Assembly: GCA_013265495.1 (NCBI GenBank)
Contig: MU058198.1
Location: 7,579,779 to 7,643,778, forward strand
DNA length: 64,000 bases
Source: Vicugna vicugna
Lineage: Eukaryota
Reading direction: 5' to 3'
Shown: positions 62,702-64,000 of the stretch, in pieces
Numbering within the stretch: the first letter of the stretch is position 1
Layout of the letters: each line of letters begins with the position of its first letter
Position numbers and translations under genes: made by a program
Notes under the pieces: model-generated
Databases searched by the model: none
Seen by the model: the letters and a program-made list of their open reading frames with translations, nothing else
Told to the model about the DNA's origin: nothing

Positions 62702-62968
62702 GGTGTCCACACGTCTCGAGCATGTGCCGGCGGCATGCATGTTGGTGTGCATGTGTGATCACGCCTGCTGCTATCTACGTGCGGGGGCGAGGGTGGTCCA
62801 TGGCGTGGGAGGTCCAGGGACTCCAGGGTCTGATGGGGGAGGTGAAGGGGGGGCTGCCTGGGTCTGTCTTGAGGGTGAGCCTGGAGCAGGGGATGGAGTG
62901 GAGGGATGGTGGGGGTATTGCTCCCAATGTGGTGGGGGAAGGGTCTGGGAGGGACAGGGGTGGGGGGC

Positions 62969-63650
62969 CTACAAGCCCAGCGTCCCCCCAATGGATGACG
63001 CCAAGACCACCCCCAGCACCACACAGCAAATGATGATCATGATTTTCTTCTGCAGGCAGGAAGAGCGACAGGGAGGGAAGAGAGAGACAGAGACAGAAAG
63101 AGACAGACAAACCGACAGACAGATAGGGGAGGAGGGTGTGAGAAAAAAGAAGAGGGGAGAGAAAACAGAAAAAGGAAGAGGTCAGAATACGAGATAAGGC
63201 CTCTCACGGGATTTCATCGCTCACCTCAGCCCTGGCCTGAGCCCAGCCCCGCCCGCTCGGCTCCAGCCCACCTGCTCCGCAGGCCTGCCCGCCCCGGCTC
63301 ACCCTCCGGGCCTTGCTCTGATATTTCACAGCTTTCTTGGTGTCGGACACGGCTCGCTCCACGTAGTCCACGGAGTGTTCCACGTTGTACTCAATGCGGT
63401 CGATCATTTCGCCCTGCAGAGGAGATGTGCCCGGGATGGGGTGAGGGCTGGACTGGAAGAGGGGGTCCTGGGGACCTGGGTGGGGCCCCGAGTGCTGGGG
63501 CAGAGGCAGTACCTGGCTCTCCACGAGCATGGCCATGTCCACAAACATGTCGTGCAGCTCGCGGATGCTGGTTTCCAGTTTGATGATCTCGTTGTGCCTC
63601 GTCTCGATCTCGTTCAGCGCCTGCTTCGTCATCTGTGAGTCCATTTTGAT
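62969..63650 (-). CDS. STX1B: Syntaxin-1B, last three coding exons (SNARE motif and transmembrane anchor); the gene continues beyond the window
   Basis: complement(join(62969-63049,63303-63413,63513-63650)): [46 protein letters not shown] / [37 protein letters not shown] / [26 protein letters not shown]. Introns are GT-AG. Confidence 0.96.
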
Positions 63651-63709
63651 CTAGGGCGATGGGGGCAGGGAGAGAGCTGCAGACCACCCTTTGCTCCCAG
63701 AAGAATTTA

Positions 63710-63910
63710 GATTCTGCAGCCAGAGTGTCAGGGTTCGAATCTGGCTGGCATCTACTAGCTGTAACCACAGGCAAATTACTTAACCTCTCTGGGCTTCAGT
63801 TTCCCCACGTGGAAAATGTGGATACTAACAATGTCCACCTGGTTGTGTGAAGATTGAGTGAATGTGCGTAGATTAGACTAGTACCTGGCACACAGGAAGC
63901 TTGTTTGTTA
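63710..63910 (+). mobile_element. MIR SINE in a STX1B intron
   Basis: gggttcgaatctggct...tactagctgtaaccacaggcaaattacttaacctctctgggcttcagtttcccc...gtacctggcacacagg. Confidence 0.75.
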
Positions 63911-64000
63911 AACTACAAGAAATAAAACTTGTCCTGGGTCCACCACCTTGGCCCAGGGCTGCCTCTGCCACATACAGAGAGAAACCCTGGGAAGGGAGAC

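Noticed and set aside
61889..63197. Long His/Thr- or Cys/Val-rich ORFs in the STX1B 3'UTR
   Set aside because: Products of CA/TG dinucleotide repeats, with no coding signature.

Overview
Mammalian genomic DNA, probably a camelid: four copies of a tRNA-derived SINE resemble the camelid vic-1 family, and there are artiodactyl-type L1 tails. The gene order matches the block I recall at human 16p11.2: FBXL19(+), ORAI3(+), SETD1A(+), HSD3B7(+), then the 3' end of STX1B(-). I assembled the exons by hand from splice sites and phase. They give intact proteins of 674 aa (FBXL19; 694 aa with an upstream exon), 295 aa (ORAI3), 1704 aa (SETD1A) and 369 aa (HSD3B7), plus the last three coding exons of STX1B. 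The first 3.8 kb holds an old RPSA processed pseudogene broken by three nested insertions with readable target-site duplications. I found no new protein-coding gene; most ORF-track entries are GC-rich or antisense noise. The most unusual signals are regulatory or splicing-related: (1) a ~1 kb alternating array of ZNF143/THAP11-type and YY1-GACTAC composite motifs upstream of FBXL19; (2) an AT-AC minor-spliceosome intron in SETD1A that contains a second, better-consensus U12 donor which would add 42 aa in frame; (3) uORF-type switches at FBXL19, ORAI3 and SETD1A; (4) an RFX X-box cluster and paired miR-26 sites in the FBXL19 3'UTR. Gene and repeat names come from recall of sequences, not from database searches, and repeat boundaries are approximate.
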